From: an uncultured Planctomycetia bacterium
Lineage (GTDB): Bacteria > Omnitrophota > Gorgyraeia > 1-14-0-20-64-10
Assembly: GCA_964373715.1 (NCBI GenBank)
Contig: CAYJVR010000005.1
Location: 46,805-110,804, forward strand
DNA length: 64,000 bases
Reading direction: 5' to 3'
This document shows positions 26,026 through 34,607 of this stretch, in pieces (position 1 is the first letter of the stretch; each line of letters opens with the position of its first letter). The translations under genes and the position numbers were made by a program. Under the pieces are notes generated by a model. The model was given only the letters and a program-made list of their open reading frames with translations, made no database searches and was not told the origin of the DNA.

Positions 26026-28284
26026 TCAGGCCGGCTCCTCGTATTTGAACAGGCGCATCTGGACCCACGAGAAACACATCGTGATCATAAACAACAGATA
26101 CCCAACCGCCGCCGCCTGCCCCATGTCGAAACGCTGGAACCCGGCCTGATACAGGTACCAGACAACCGTCGTGGTCGCCCCCAGAGGACCGCCCCGGGTC
26201 ATGGCGAAAATCTCCGGGAAAACCTGAAAGGTATGGATCGTGTTGATCACCACGGCCAGCAGAACAATCGGCCGCAGCTGGGGCAGCGTGATGTGGCGGA
26301 ACTTTTGCCATTCGTTGGCCCCGTCAATCGAGGCCGCCTCGTACAACTCGACCGGGATCGTCTGCAGGCCGGCCAGGAACAAAACCATGTAGTAGCCGAA
26401 ACTCGCCCAGATGTTCATAATCATGATCGCCGGCAACGCCCACTTCGTGTTCAAGAGCCAACTTGGGTTCGGAACCGGCAGGTGGAACATTTGCAGAAAC
26501 TTGTTGATCAAGCCGTCCGGCGCGTAGAGGTAAGTAAAGATCGTCGCGATGACGATCACGGACGTAGCCACCGGAAGGAACATGCCTGCCTGGTAAAGCT
26601 GTTTGAACGGCACCTTGACATTGATCAGCACCGCCGCGAAGAGGGCCAGCATCATCGTGAATGGTATCGTGCCGACAGCGAAAAGGATCGTATTCCCGAG
26701 GGCCTGAAGGAAGGCCGGGTCTCGGATTACATACCAGAAATTACCGAGCCCCACGAAAGCCATTTCGGAGCTCAGAAGGTTATACCGGGAGAAACTCAGC
26801 ACGAAGGAATGAAGCAGAGGGATCAGGTTAAACCCGAAGAAGGTGATCAGCCACGGCGCCAAAAAGGTAAGGTCGATCGCGGTGTTGTACAAACTCAAGC
26901 TCTTCCGCTTGACCATCCCGACCTTACGCCGGCGGATGATGGCGTAGGCGACAAACACCCCGGCCAACCCCAAGAGGAAACAGCCGAACACCACGACATC
27001 GCTGATCCGCCCCTCCATCTTCTGCTCCTGGAGCAGAGGGGTAATCTCGGCCGAGGCCTTCTTGAGCATTGCCTCCGGATCCCTATCGTTTAAGATCACC
27101 TCTTCAATCGCCCGCGTAATCTTCTCCTGGATCTGGGTCCAGTTCGGATGGGCGGGCGGAGCTACCGCGTAGCGAAGCTGCTCGAACATCATCCGGTGTT
27201 CTGGGTGGCTCCTGTAATAAGGATGTTCCATCGCTGCCTTGACCGTTGGAACGATGTTCCGCTGGGCCTCCACGATGGACATCGCCTGCTCCTCCTGTAT
27301 AAGGAAGAGCGAAAGCTTTAAGGCGGCCTCCGGATACTTTGACCCCTTGAGCACCACGATCATCTCCCCGCCGGCAAACGACGCCGGGGTGCCGCGTGCG
27401 GCGGAGGGTTTCGGCAGGAGGCCGACGCCGTAGTTCAAGGTGGGGTTCATCCGCGGAATCAGCGCGAAATTCCAGGAACCGGAGATTTGAATCCCCACCT
27501 TCCCTTCGGCAAAAAACTGGTTAACCTGTTCCTGATGGTGAACCAGCGAGTAAGGCTTTAACGAAGCGTAGAACTTGAGCGCCTCCACCATCGGCGGTTC
27601 ATCCAGAACGCATTTCGTCCATTCCGGATCGAGCACATTCGCCCCATTGCCCCAGGCAAACGGCAGGAACTCCTGCCAAGGGGAATACGGCTCACTCACA
27701 TGGATGCCGAACCCGTAAATATCGGGACCCAGAGCATCCACCGCCTTGGCGGCATTGAGCAACTCCTCCCATGTGGTGGGAGGCTTATCGGAGTCAAGGC
27801 CGGCCTGGGCAAAGAGATTCCTGTTGTAAAAAAAGAGCCGTGTCCCTGCCATCCAGGGAACACCGTAGATCCTGTCCTTGTAGGTGACCGGGTCCCACAA
27901 AAGGTACTGATCCTTAATCGGGGCCACCTGATCGGTAACGTCCCGCAGAACTCCGGAAGAGGCGAACTGAGGCACCATATCCGTGCCGAGTTCGGCCAAA
28001 TCCGGGGCGTTCCCGGCTGCGATCGAGGTGATCAGCTTGTCGAGCCCGAAATCCCAGGAAAGCTGCTGAAAACGGACCCTGATGCCGGGGTTCTGCCGCT
28101 CGAACTTGTCCAGCAGAGAGCGCATGAGTTCTTCGCCCACGGAAAATTCCCAAAAATCAATCGTCACTTCAGCGCTTGCAGGGGACAGGAGACAGGGGGC
28201 AAGGGGAAAGAGGAGGAAAAAGAAAACGACGGCTGCCGAAAGAAGAACGAAAAGCTTTTTCAAACCGTGAATTCGATCGGACAC
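26026..28284 (-). CDS. Fused carbohydrate ABC solute-binding protein (N-terminal, about 430 aa) and MalF/UgpA-like permease (C-terminal)
   Basis: 752 aa. Signal peptide, then an SBP domain (NAPDLAELGTDMVPQFASSG ... GGEMIVVLKGSKYPEAALKL), then six TM segments with an EAA motif (EAASIDGANEWQKFRHITLPQ). The frame is continuous. Confidence 0.85.
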   Translation of the reverse strand: MSDRIHGLKKLFVLLSAAVVFFFLLFPLAPCLLSPASAEVTIDFWEFSVGEELMRSLLDKFERQNPGIRVRFQQLSWDFGLDKLITSIAAGNAPDLAELGTDMVPQFASSGVLRDVTDQVAPIKDQYLLWDPVTYKDRIYGVPWMAGTRLFFYNRNLFAQAGLDSDKPPTTWEELLNAAKAVDALGPDIYGFGIHVSEPYSPWQEFLPFAWGNGANVLDPEWTKCVLDEPPMVEALKFYASLKPYSLVHHQEQVNQFFAEGKVGIQISGSWNFALIPRMNPTLNYGVGLLPKPSAARGTPASFAGGEMIVVLKGSKYPEAALKLSLFLIQEEQAMSIVEAQRNIVPTVKAAMEHPYYRSHPEHRMMFEQLRYAVAPPAHPNWTQIQEKITRAIEEVILNDRDPEAMLKKASAEITPLLQEQKMEGRISDVVVFGCFLLGLAGVFVAYAIIRRRKVGMVKRKSLSLYNTAIDLTFLAPWLITFFGFNLIPLLHSFVLSFSRYNLLSSEMAFVGLGNFWYVIRDPAFLQALGNTILFAVGTIPFTMMLALFAAVLINVKVPFKQLYQAGMFLPVATSVIVIATIFTYLYAPDGLINKFLQMFHLPVPNPSWLLNTKWALPAIMIMNIWASFGYYMVLFLAGLQTIPVELYEAASIDGANEWQKFRHITLPQLRPIVLLAVVINTIHTFQVFPEIFAMTRGGPLGATTTVVWYLYQAGFQRFDMGQAAAVGYLLFMITMCFSWVQMRLFKYEEPA

Positions 28285-28379
28285 AAACAGACTCTCCTCG
28301 GTTGATGAAAGCTTTTAGTCTACCACCGCTTCCATACAATCTCAACCGAACACTGGACTCCTGGAAGGGTATCGGCTGA

Positions 28380-28740
28380 CGCACCGCTCGTCGCCCCCAG
28401 CGAGGGCTCCTCGCTCCGGCATCGGCCTCGCTCGTCCGCCAACGATCGTTGGCGGACACCCTGCCCGCTCAGCCTTCTGACGGTGCGCTATCCGACACCC
28501 TTCCGGGAATCTTCCCAACGTCACCCGTGCTTAAGCAGCTACATAAACAATGTCCAGCCTAAAAAAAAGGGGCGGGGGGAGGGTTTCGAAGGCGAGAGTG
28601 AGGAACGGGGACGGAAGTGTGTGTCCGAGGGACGTCGAACGAAGCGAGCGGGCACGGCTCCCGAAGGGAGAGCGAGCAAGTTCGTCGAGCGCAGTCCGGC
28701 TCGCAGGGACGGACAAGCGACCCAAGGACACACCTTCCGT
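28380..28740. repeat. Highly structured GC-rich intergenic region. It has a perfect 24-nt palindrome GTCCGCCAACGATCGTTGGCGGAC (28433-28456), a GGGTTTCGAAGGCGAGAGTGAGGAACGG module (28580-28607), and nested inverted repeats (GTGTGTCC...GGACACAC, 28616-28731). It shares modules with 24400-24640
   Basis: Read directly. Track ORFs here are R/K-rich junk. The region is flanked by divergent genes. Confidence 0.5.
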
Positions 28741-28763
28741 CGCTGGGCCTCACCTGGAAAGCC

Positions 28764-28792
28764 TTGACCAGAGCCTCTCCGTCAAGGATAAT
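28764..28792 (+). promoter_or_regulatory. Candidate sigma70-like promoter for the HAD gene: -35 TTGACC (28764-28769), 17-nt spacer, -10 GATAAT (28787-28792); ATG at 28818
   Basis: Hexamers and spacing read directly on the plus strand. Confidence 0.4.
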
Positions 28793-28817
28793 AAGCGGTC
28801 TTTAGTGAGAAAAACTG

Positions 28818-29471
28818 ATGAAACCGAACATCCTTATCTCCTGCGATTTTGACGGAACGATCACGCGGAACGACACGTTAGTGGAAATCCTCGACCAGTA
28901 CGGCTCCCCCCGGTGGCGCGAGGTCCAGGCGAAGGTGGTCTCCGGAGAAATGACGATCAGGGAGGGACTCCAGCGGGAGATGGGCTCCATTCAGGCAGAC
29001 ATGGAACAGATCAAGCAGCTGCTCAAGACCCGCGTGGAGCTGGACCCTGGTTTTCCCGCATTCTTTCAGGAGATGCGCACTCTGGGGGTCCCGGTGATTA
29101 TCCTCAGCGGCGGCTTCGATCTGTGCGTCGAAACGGTCATGGGCAGGCACGGGCTCTGGCCTGTCCCTTACCTGGCTAACCGGCTTCACCAGATCAACGG
29201 CTCCTGGGAAGTGGAATACCCTTACCCTTCCGCCGCCTGTTCGGCATGTGGCCACTGCAAGGGGGACCCGATCCGGGAATGGAACCGGCAGGGATACACC
29301 ACTGTCTTCATCGGAAACGGGGTGACCGACCGGTGCGCCGCGCTGGAGGCATCTGTGACATTCGCCAAAGATGAGCTGGGGAGCTGGTGCCGGACGCAAA
29401 AGATCGCAGCGGTGGCCTTCAAATCCTTCACGGAAATCCGGGAAGAACTGGCTCATCGGGGGTGGCTTTAG
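28818..29471 (+). CDS. HAD-superfamily phosphatase, MtnX-like (2-hydroxy-3-keto-5-methylthiopentenyl-1-phosphate phosphatase family)
   Basis: 217 aa. ISCDFDGTITRND (HAD motif I), ILSGGFDL, a CSACGHCKGD cysteine cluster and IGNGVTD (motif IV) mirror B. subtilis MtnX (ICDFDGTIT ... SGGMDFF ... SCKGTCSNQCGCCK ... IGDSVTD). It is the only supported plus-strand gene. Confidence 0.8.
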   Translation: MKPNILISCDFDGTITRNDTLVEILDQYGSPRWREVQAKVVSGEMTIREGLQREMGSIQADMEQIKQLLKTRVELDPGFPAFFQEMRTLGVPVIILSGGFDLCVETVMGRHGLWPVPYLANRLHQINGSWEVEYPYPSAACSACGHCKGDPIREWNRQGYTTVFIGNGVTDRCAALEASVTFAKDELGSWCRTQKIAAVAFKSFTEIREELAHRGWL

Positions 29472-29480
29472 CGGCTGGCT

Positions 29481-31409
29481 TCACCGCTCTGCGGTTTGAG
29501 CAACCGTATTCTGCTTGGACAATTCAAGAGAATCAAGCGATGCCCCCTTTGCGGAAAGGGGCTGAGCGGAGAGGACATTCCCCTTGCGGACTACGAGCTT
29601 ATGGTTCATCTTTTTCGTGATGTAGGCCATAGCTAACCCATCCTGGTCTATGTCGCCCAGCTCCACCTCGGCAAACACCTTATCTTTGACGCTGAGCAAC
29701 ATATTCTCGCCGGCTTTCGCCCACGGCGCATTTTCCACGGAAAGAACCAAGAAACCACCTTTCTTATCAACCCGGCGGACCTTCACAGCCGACGTTTGCC
29801 CCGGAGAGGGGCTTGTTGAAATAGCCCCGATTGCTTTCGAACCCGGTCCTGAAGGAACCTCACTATCAACGGGAACTGACGGCATCTCTTCCCGCGTACC
29901 CGGCTCTTTCGGAAATTCCGCCGGTCTGGACATCTCTCTTTTGAGATCGTTAAGTGCCGACTCACTATTCTGAAGCTGGCCGGTCAGGGTTTTGATCCGC
30001 TCTTCATAACCGGTCTTAAATACCTCACGCTCCTCAAGGCTCTGCTGGTAAGCGGTCTGCGCTTTCTGGAGATTCTTTTCCTTGGCCTTCAGCTGCTCCT
30101 CCTTGGAAAGAATCTCCTTCTGCCGTTCCTGGAGCTCGGACTGCGCCGACGCAAGCTTATCTGACAATTCCTTCATCGCAACCTGTGCCGCTGTGAGATC
30201 CTGCGAAGAAACCTTCCCCTTACTCTGCGTCTCTTTCAAATCTTCCTGAAAACGGGTCAACTCCTGCTGCCGTTCCCAAACTTCCTTCTCCAACGAGGCA
30301 ATCAGTCCCGCAGATTTCTTCCGTTGGGCATAGAGTTCTTCAATCTCCTCTTCCTTGATGGCCAAACCCTCTTTTTTCTCCTGGATCTCCTCCTTCAGCG
30401 CCAGCAGCTCTTTTTCAAACTTAGCCCGGCCGTCCCAATCCCATATTGTCTGCAGCTGTTTTTGAAGGCTTACCAGTTCCTCTTTTTGTTTCTCTTTTTC
30501 CTTCACCAGCGATGCATTAAGGTCCTGCATCTGCCGGAGTTCAACGACTCTGGTTTCGACTCCTTTCTCGGTAAGAACGAGCTTCCTCTGCAAGCTTTCG
30601 ACATTTTCTCTGAGCTTCAGGTTTTCTTTCTGTTCAACATCGAACTGTTTCCGAAGAGCCGCCAGCGTATCTGTCAATATTCCGACCTGCCGGCGGACTT
30701 GTTCCTCCTTTGCCTTGAGAATACTTTCTTCCATCTTCGAAGCAGCGCGCGTGACAACAGCCCCTGGGTTCTCTAAAACAGGCTCCAGAGCAACATCCTG
30801 TGCCCTGGCCGGGACCGCTTCCACGGACGTTTCGGAACCGAAGACTTGCGCGAAGCGGGTCCAGTCAATCTCCGCTTGGCGGGAACCGTCCGACAACTGC
30901 TGGAGGAACTCTTTCAAGAGAGAGACCAAATCCCCGGCTTCCGGATGGCCGGTAAACTGCGATTCCGTTATCCCCAGAAGGGGAACCGCCCAACGGCGGG
31001 CGTAATTGATCTCTTCGGCAGGACCGTAATAATGGATCTGCTTTACCTGAGGCTGTTCGGCCAACTCAATCAGGGCGGAGGTCCATGAGCCGTCGTTCAG
31101 CAGGATATGGGTGCGCTGGGACGCCACATCCCGGAGAACGGGGATATTCCGGACTTTCTCGTCGCTCACCACAACCCAGGTTCCGGGATCCGGCTTAAAG
31201 AGTGCCCTCACCCGGGAAATGGCCTTTTCCTTCTCTCGCTCACTCGGAAGACCCGCTCCTCCGAAAACCGGGGAAGCCGCCTCAAAAGCCGCCGTTGTGC
31301 GGACCGGCGGAACAAACGCGATAATTAAAAAAAGAACGGGAACCGCAACTGATTTTCTGAAAATCAGGCTCACATGCTCTTTCTCCGACTGCTTGAGCCG
31401 GGCATTCAC
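29481..31409 (-). CDS. Membrane-anchored or secreted long coiled-coil protein (642 aa), hypothetical
   Basis: N-terminal hydrophobic segment, about 300 aa of heptad-like E/K/Q/L-rich sequence, and a C-terminal beta-rich domain. Confidence 0.7.
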   Translation of the reverse strand: MNARLKQSEKEHVSLIFRKSVAVPVLFLIIAFVPPVRTTAAFEAASPVFGGAGLPSEREKEKAISRVRALFKPDPGTWVVVSDEKVRNIPVLRDVASQRTHILLNDGSWTSALIELAEQPQVKQIHYYGPAEEINYARRWAVPLLGITESQFTGHPEAGDLVSLLKEFLQQLSDGSRQAEIDWTRFAQVFGSETSVEAVPARAQDVALEPVLENPGAVVTRAASKMEESILKAKEEQVRRQVGILTDTLAALRKQFDVEQKENLKLRENVESLQRKLVLTEKGVETRVVELRQMQDLNASLVKEKEKQKEELVSLQKQLQTIWDWDGRAKFEKELLALKEEIQEKKEGLAIKEEEIEELYAQRKKSAGLIASLEKEVWERQQELTRFQEDLKETQSKGKVSSQDLTAAQVAMKELSDKLASAQSELQERQKEILSKEEQLKAKEKNLQKAQTAYQQSLEEREVFKTGYEERIKTLTGQLQNSESALNDLKREMSRPAEFPKEPGTREEMPSVPVDSEVPSGPGSKAIGAISTSPSPGQTSAVKVRRVDKKGGFLVLSVENAPWAKAGENMLLSVKDKVFAEVELGDIDQDGLAMAYITKKMNHKLVVRKGNVLSAQPLSAKGASLDSLELSKQNTVAQTAER

Positions 31410-31963
31410 TTTTTCAATTCGGTCCTGGTTTTATCCTCTTTTTCAGTAACCTTCCGCAGGGCCTTTTCCGTGACCAACTGGCCCTGGATCGCGTCCCTCT
31501 GGGAAAGCAAAAGATTGTTCTGCCGGGTTAACTGCTCAATGACGGCACTGAGCCTTTTCTTCTCATCGGCCATGGACTGCTTCTCCACCTGCACCCTCTT
31601 CAACTGCGAAGACAAGCTGTCTCTCTCTTCAAGAAGCGTCTTTTTCGCCTGGTTTAAAATCGACTGCTCCTTCTGAATCCGGGAATGAACCGCCTTTAAT
31701 TCCGTGAATTTCTGGTTCAGTTCATTGTAGTCCTGCTGGAGCATTTCCGACTGATAACCCAATGAAGCGTACTCTTCGGAGAGCAGCCTCTTCTTCTCCC
31801 GTGTTTGAGCCAACTGCTTCGACATATTTCCGTTAAAGTAAGCGAGAACGAAAATAGTGGCTACCCACAACAGAGAGCCGCTGATGTAAACGATCCGCCT
31901 TTTCCAGCGTGACGGGGGGACGGGGACTGGAAGAGGGGTGCCCACCGGCTGGTGCTCTACCAC
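31406..31963 (-). CDS. Single-pass membrane coiled-coil protein (185 aa), hypothetical; translationally coupled to the downstream gene (4-nt overlap)
   Basis: TM segment IVYISGSLLWVATIFVLAYF followed by coiled coil. Confidence 0.65.
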   Translation of the reverse strand: MVEHQPVGTPLPVPVPPSRWKRRIVYISGSLLWVATIFVLAYFNGNMSKQLAQTREKKRLLSEEYASLGYQSEMLQQDYNELNQKFTELKAVHSRIQKEQSILNQAKKTLLEERDSLSSQLKRVQVEKQSMADEKKRLSAVIEQLTRQNNLLLSQRDAIQGQLVTEKALRKVTEKEDKTRTELKK

Positions 31964-32298
31964 TTTAGGATCTCCCCCTTAACTCAGACCGAATAGTGCC
32001 GCGAAGAATCTGTCGGCCAAGCAAACAGAGGGAGAATTCCCGCTTACGCACCGGTAAGGACACCGAAGAAAAACTTTGAACAAGCAGAAGAGAACGGCCT
32101 TGCTTTGGACCGCGGACTTGTATTTATCAACACAGCGAGCATACCCCCCCTACCTGGTTGCTGGATATCAGGGAGCCAATCACCCAGAAGGTCATGCTTT
32201 CTCAATGCGCCGGATCTTTTTTGAGTCTAATATTCCCTCTTATACCCTGTCAAGAAAAATTGCGCTAACTGTAAATATCCGTAGGCCTAAAGAGATGC

Positions 32299-33441
32299 TC
32301 ATTCAAACCTTCCCTGGTCCACATGAGACCACCGCAAAGGGGCGAAACTCTGGTCAAACGCGGAGGATACTGGTTCTCCAACGGATAACGCCTTCAGGAA
32401 TTTTTTAAAGGACTCCATTCCCTGTTTGCGCAGCAGCTCCTCCAAAACAAGACGGGCCTCCAGATATGCGCGCTCCACATCGGCCAAATCGACAGGCTGC
32501 TGGAAGTGGGCATCGAGCCACTTTAAAGGAACCCACAGCTCCTGGGTTTTTAACCCTTTCATAATCTCCTCTTCGCGCTCACTCAGCCTCCGCTTGGGTT
32601 CCTTATGCTGGGCAAACCCTTCATGGACCCAAACCGGCAACCGGGCCCCGTAGATTTTATGAAGAAAGGCGTGGGCCAGCTCATGGGTCAGTATGGTCGC
32701 TTCCCGGGGGGTATGCACATCCTCCACCCGCATCCGGATACGGCCGTCATAGAAACCGACCGCCCAGTCAAACCGGGAATTCACTTTCTGGAACTCCCCT
32801 ACCCTATAAAGAATGACCGTCACGCGCGTGGGTATCTCTCCTAACTCCTGCGAAAGGTAGCGGTATTCTCTTTCCAAGACAGAACCGATATGAAGAGCCT
32901 TAGCCCTGTACTCCGGGCTGGGAAAACGGACCTGAAAGTGATCGGTCGCCTCGACCGAAAACAGCCGTTCAACCGACTCGTCCCGCTGCGCCTGGGCGAT
33001 CCGGGCAGCCACAGTCTGCCACTGTGCCTCGGGAACCAGCCCATACGCCTTTTGCCAGGCCGAAATCGCCAGGCCGAAGTTGTTCCTCTCCAGGTAGTAG
33101 AAATCCCCCAAGCGGATCCAGGCCAGCCCGTTATCGGCGTCAACCTCAACAGCCTCCTCCAAAAGATCAAAAGCGCGGCTGACCTCCCCGCCTCTGTCAA
33201 CACAGCTGACGGCAAAATCAGTTAACGCCAAGGAAAGGTTTTTCCTGATCCGGGTATCGCTGGAATCAATCGAGAAGGCTTTTCTCAGAAGAGAAATCGC
33301 CTCCTCAAGACGGCCGGCTTTCGCCGCAAAGATCGCTTGGTTGTTCAGTTCAGAGGCACTGGGAGCGGCGGGTTCGGCGGCCCAAAGAAGAGACGCTGTG
33401 CAGAAAAAGAAGCCGATGAGAAAAAGAGACCTAGGCTTCAA
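32299..33441 (-). CDS. Secreted TPR-repeat protein with a C-terminal HExxH zinc-metallopeptidase-like motif
   Basis: 380 aa. Signal peptide, TPR-like repeats (AIFAAKAGRLEEAISLLRKAFSIDSSDTRI ...) and HELAHAF. Confidence 0.7.
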   Translation of the reverse strand: MKPRSLFLIGFFFCTASLLWAAEPAAPSASELNNQAIFAAKAGRLEEAISLLRKAFSIDSSDTRIRKNLSLALTDFAVSCVDRGGEVSRAFDLLEEAVEVDADNGLAWIRLGDFYYLERNNFGLAISAWQKAYGLVPEAQWQTVAARIAQAQRDESVERLFSVEATDHFQVRFPSPEYRAKALHIGSVLEREYRYLSQELGEIPTRVTVILYRVGEFQKVNSRFDWAVGFYDGRIRMRVEDVHTPREATILTHELAHAFLHKIYGARLPVWVHEGFAQHKEPKRRLSEREEEIMKGLKTQELWVPLKWLDAHFQQPVDLADVERAYLEARLVLEELLRKQGMESFKKFLKALSVGEPVSSAFDQSFAPLRWSHVDQGRFE

Positions 33442-34607
33442 TTTGTGATGATGCGCGGCGGCCTGACCGACTTAGGCCGAGGAGCATTCTTTTGCGTATG
33501 GACAAGGACCGAAAGAACCCTGTAGGCCTCGTCAGGATCTTTGGTGTGGATAAAAACACCTCGGAGCCGTTCCATCTCAGCCGCCGAAAACATCTTCAAG
33601 GTATCCCTGAGAATCTCTCCGATCATCTCCTCCTTTCCGGAAAACGAGGGGGTCTTCGAGACAGCGAAGGGGATCGTCTCGACGCCGATGTAAAAAGATG
33701 TCCCCTCCTGCTTCGCCCGGTTCCGGACAATCTGGGAAACGGAGGCTATATCGTCCGGAACATTTCGGTATGTCATGGAGGCAATTTCCGTGTTTCTGAT
33801 CGGCCTTAACCCGAACACCCTGACACCGCTGGCGGTCACCTGCCCGTTTTCAAACCACCACGGCTCAAAACGAACCAAAACAGGGCCATTAACCACCGGT
33901 TTCCCATCAGGCCGCAGTCGATTCTTGGCGAAGGTTTCCAACGGAGGCAAAACAACCTTTTCCATCATCTCCACGTAAGAGGATAAATTCCCGTCCCAAG
34001 TCTTGCCGGCCTTGCGCTCCTCGGGAGGCAGCGCGTAAGGCTCCACATTCACGGCGAACGCAACCCCCAAGCTTCCCAAATCAAGCTGTCCCAGCTGGGA
34101 AATCAGGTCCTTGTAATGATAATCCACGAATTCCCAGTTCTTCGGCCAATCGTAATTGCCGTCAATAAACCCGATCGTCCTCAAACCCGCTTCAGAAGCC
34201 TGCAGGAGAACCGCCTGCTTCTCCTGCCTGTTCATCTGCCGGAACGGATATCCGCAGATCCAAACGGTATCAATGCCGGCCCGGACAGCGAGAGGGAAAA
34301 AATACTGGTTGTTCACGATAGGCTTCGGATTCCAGACAACGAGTGAAATGCCGCGGTTGGGACCCAGCTTCTGCCGCAAAACGGCCAATTGACCGTCGGG
34401 CTCTTCAAAGGAGGCCGCGCGGACAAGAGGAACAGCGGATAAAAAAATAGCGGCGGCAAAGAAAAAGATCCTCTGCCGCCGCCTGATCGCTTTTATGAGC
34501 CTCATTCGCTCCCCGGAAACACCCTTAAGCTGAAGCCCCCTGGCCGGCATATTGTTTACTGCCGGAATTGGACTTGCCAAGCGCTGAAAGCAGCTGATGG
34601 ATCTCAT
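33438..34607 (-). CDS. Secreted hypothetical protein of the glycoside-hydrolase-like TIM-barrel family; the true start is probably the Met at about 34505 (MRLIKAIRRRQRIFFFAAAIFLSAVPLVRA)
   Basis: Resembles the 316-aa protein at 39649..40599 and the central domain of the 764-aa protein (W.W... IDT ... GFIDGNYDWP compared with YALAGDPRWG). 4-nt overlap with the upstream gene. Confidence 0.6.
   Translation of the reverse strand: MRSISCFQRLASPIPAVNNMPARGLQLKGVSGERMRLIKAIRRRQRIFFFAAAIFLSAVPLVRAASFEEPDGQLAVLRQKLGPNRGISLVVWNPKPIVNNQYFFPLAVRAGIDTVWICGYPFRQMNRQEKQAVLLQASEAGLRTIGFIDGNYDWPKNWEFVDYHYKDLISQLGQLDLGSLGVAFAVNVEPYALPPEERKAGKTWDGNLSSYVEMMEKVVLPPLETFAKNRLRPDGKPVVNGPVLVRFEPWWFENGQVTASGVRVFGLRPIRNTEIASMTYRNVPDDIASVSQIVRNRAKQEGTSFYIGVETIPFAVSKTPSFSGKEEMIGEILRDTLKMFSAAEMERLRGVFIHTKDPDEAYRVLSVLVHTQKNAPRPKSVRPPRIITN

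Noticed and set aside
28483-28852. 94-aa and 100-aa plus-strand ORFs in the divergent intergenic region
   Set aside because: Highly basic, low-complexity translations that overlap the palindromic repeat structures and extend into the HAD gene start. They are more plausibly non-coding
29546-29566. Strong hairpin CCCCTTT-gcgg-AAAGGGG that looks like a terminator for the HAD gene
   Set aside because: It lies about 65 nt inside the 3' end of the convergent coiled-coil ORF (29481..31409) and has no adjacent T-tract. It is probably coincidental secondary structure within coding sequence, although a bidirectional terminator embedded in the overlapping gene end cannot be excluded
31964-32298. 110-aa plus-strand ORF 32076..32408 and possible promoter hexamers (TTGACA / TATAAG) in the 335-bp gap upstream of the coiled-coil operon
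   Set aside because: The ORF overlaps the 3' end of the TPR gene and has no support. The hexamers are mis-spaced (3 nt apart) or about 290 nt from the start codon, so I did not call a promoter
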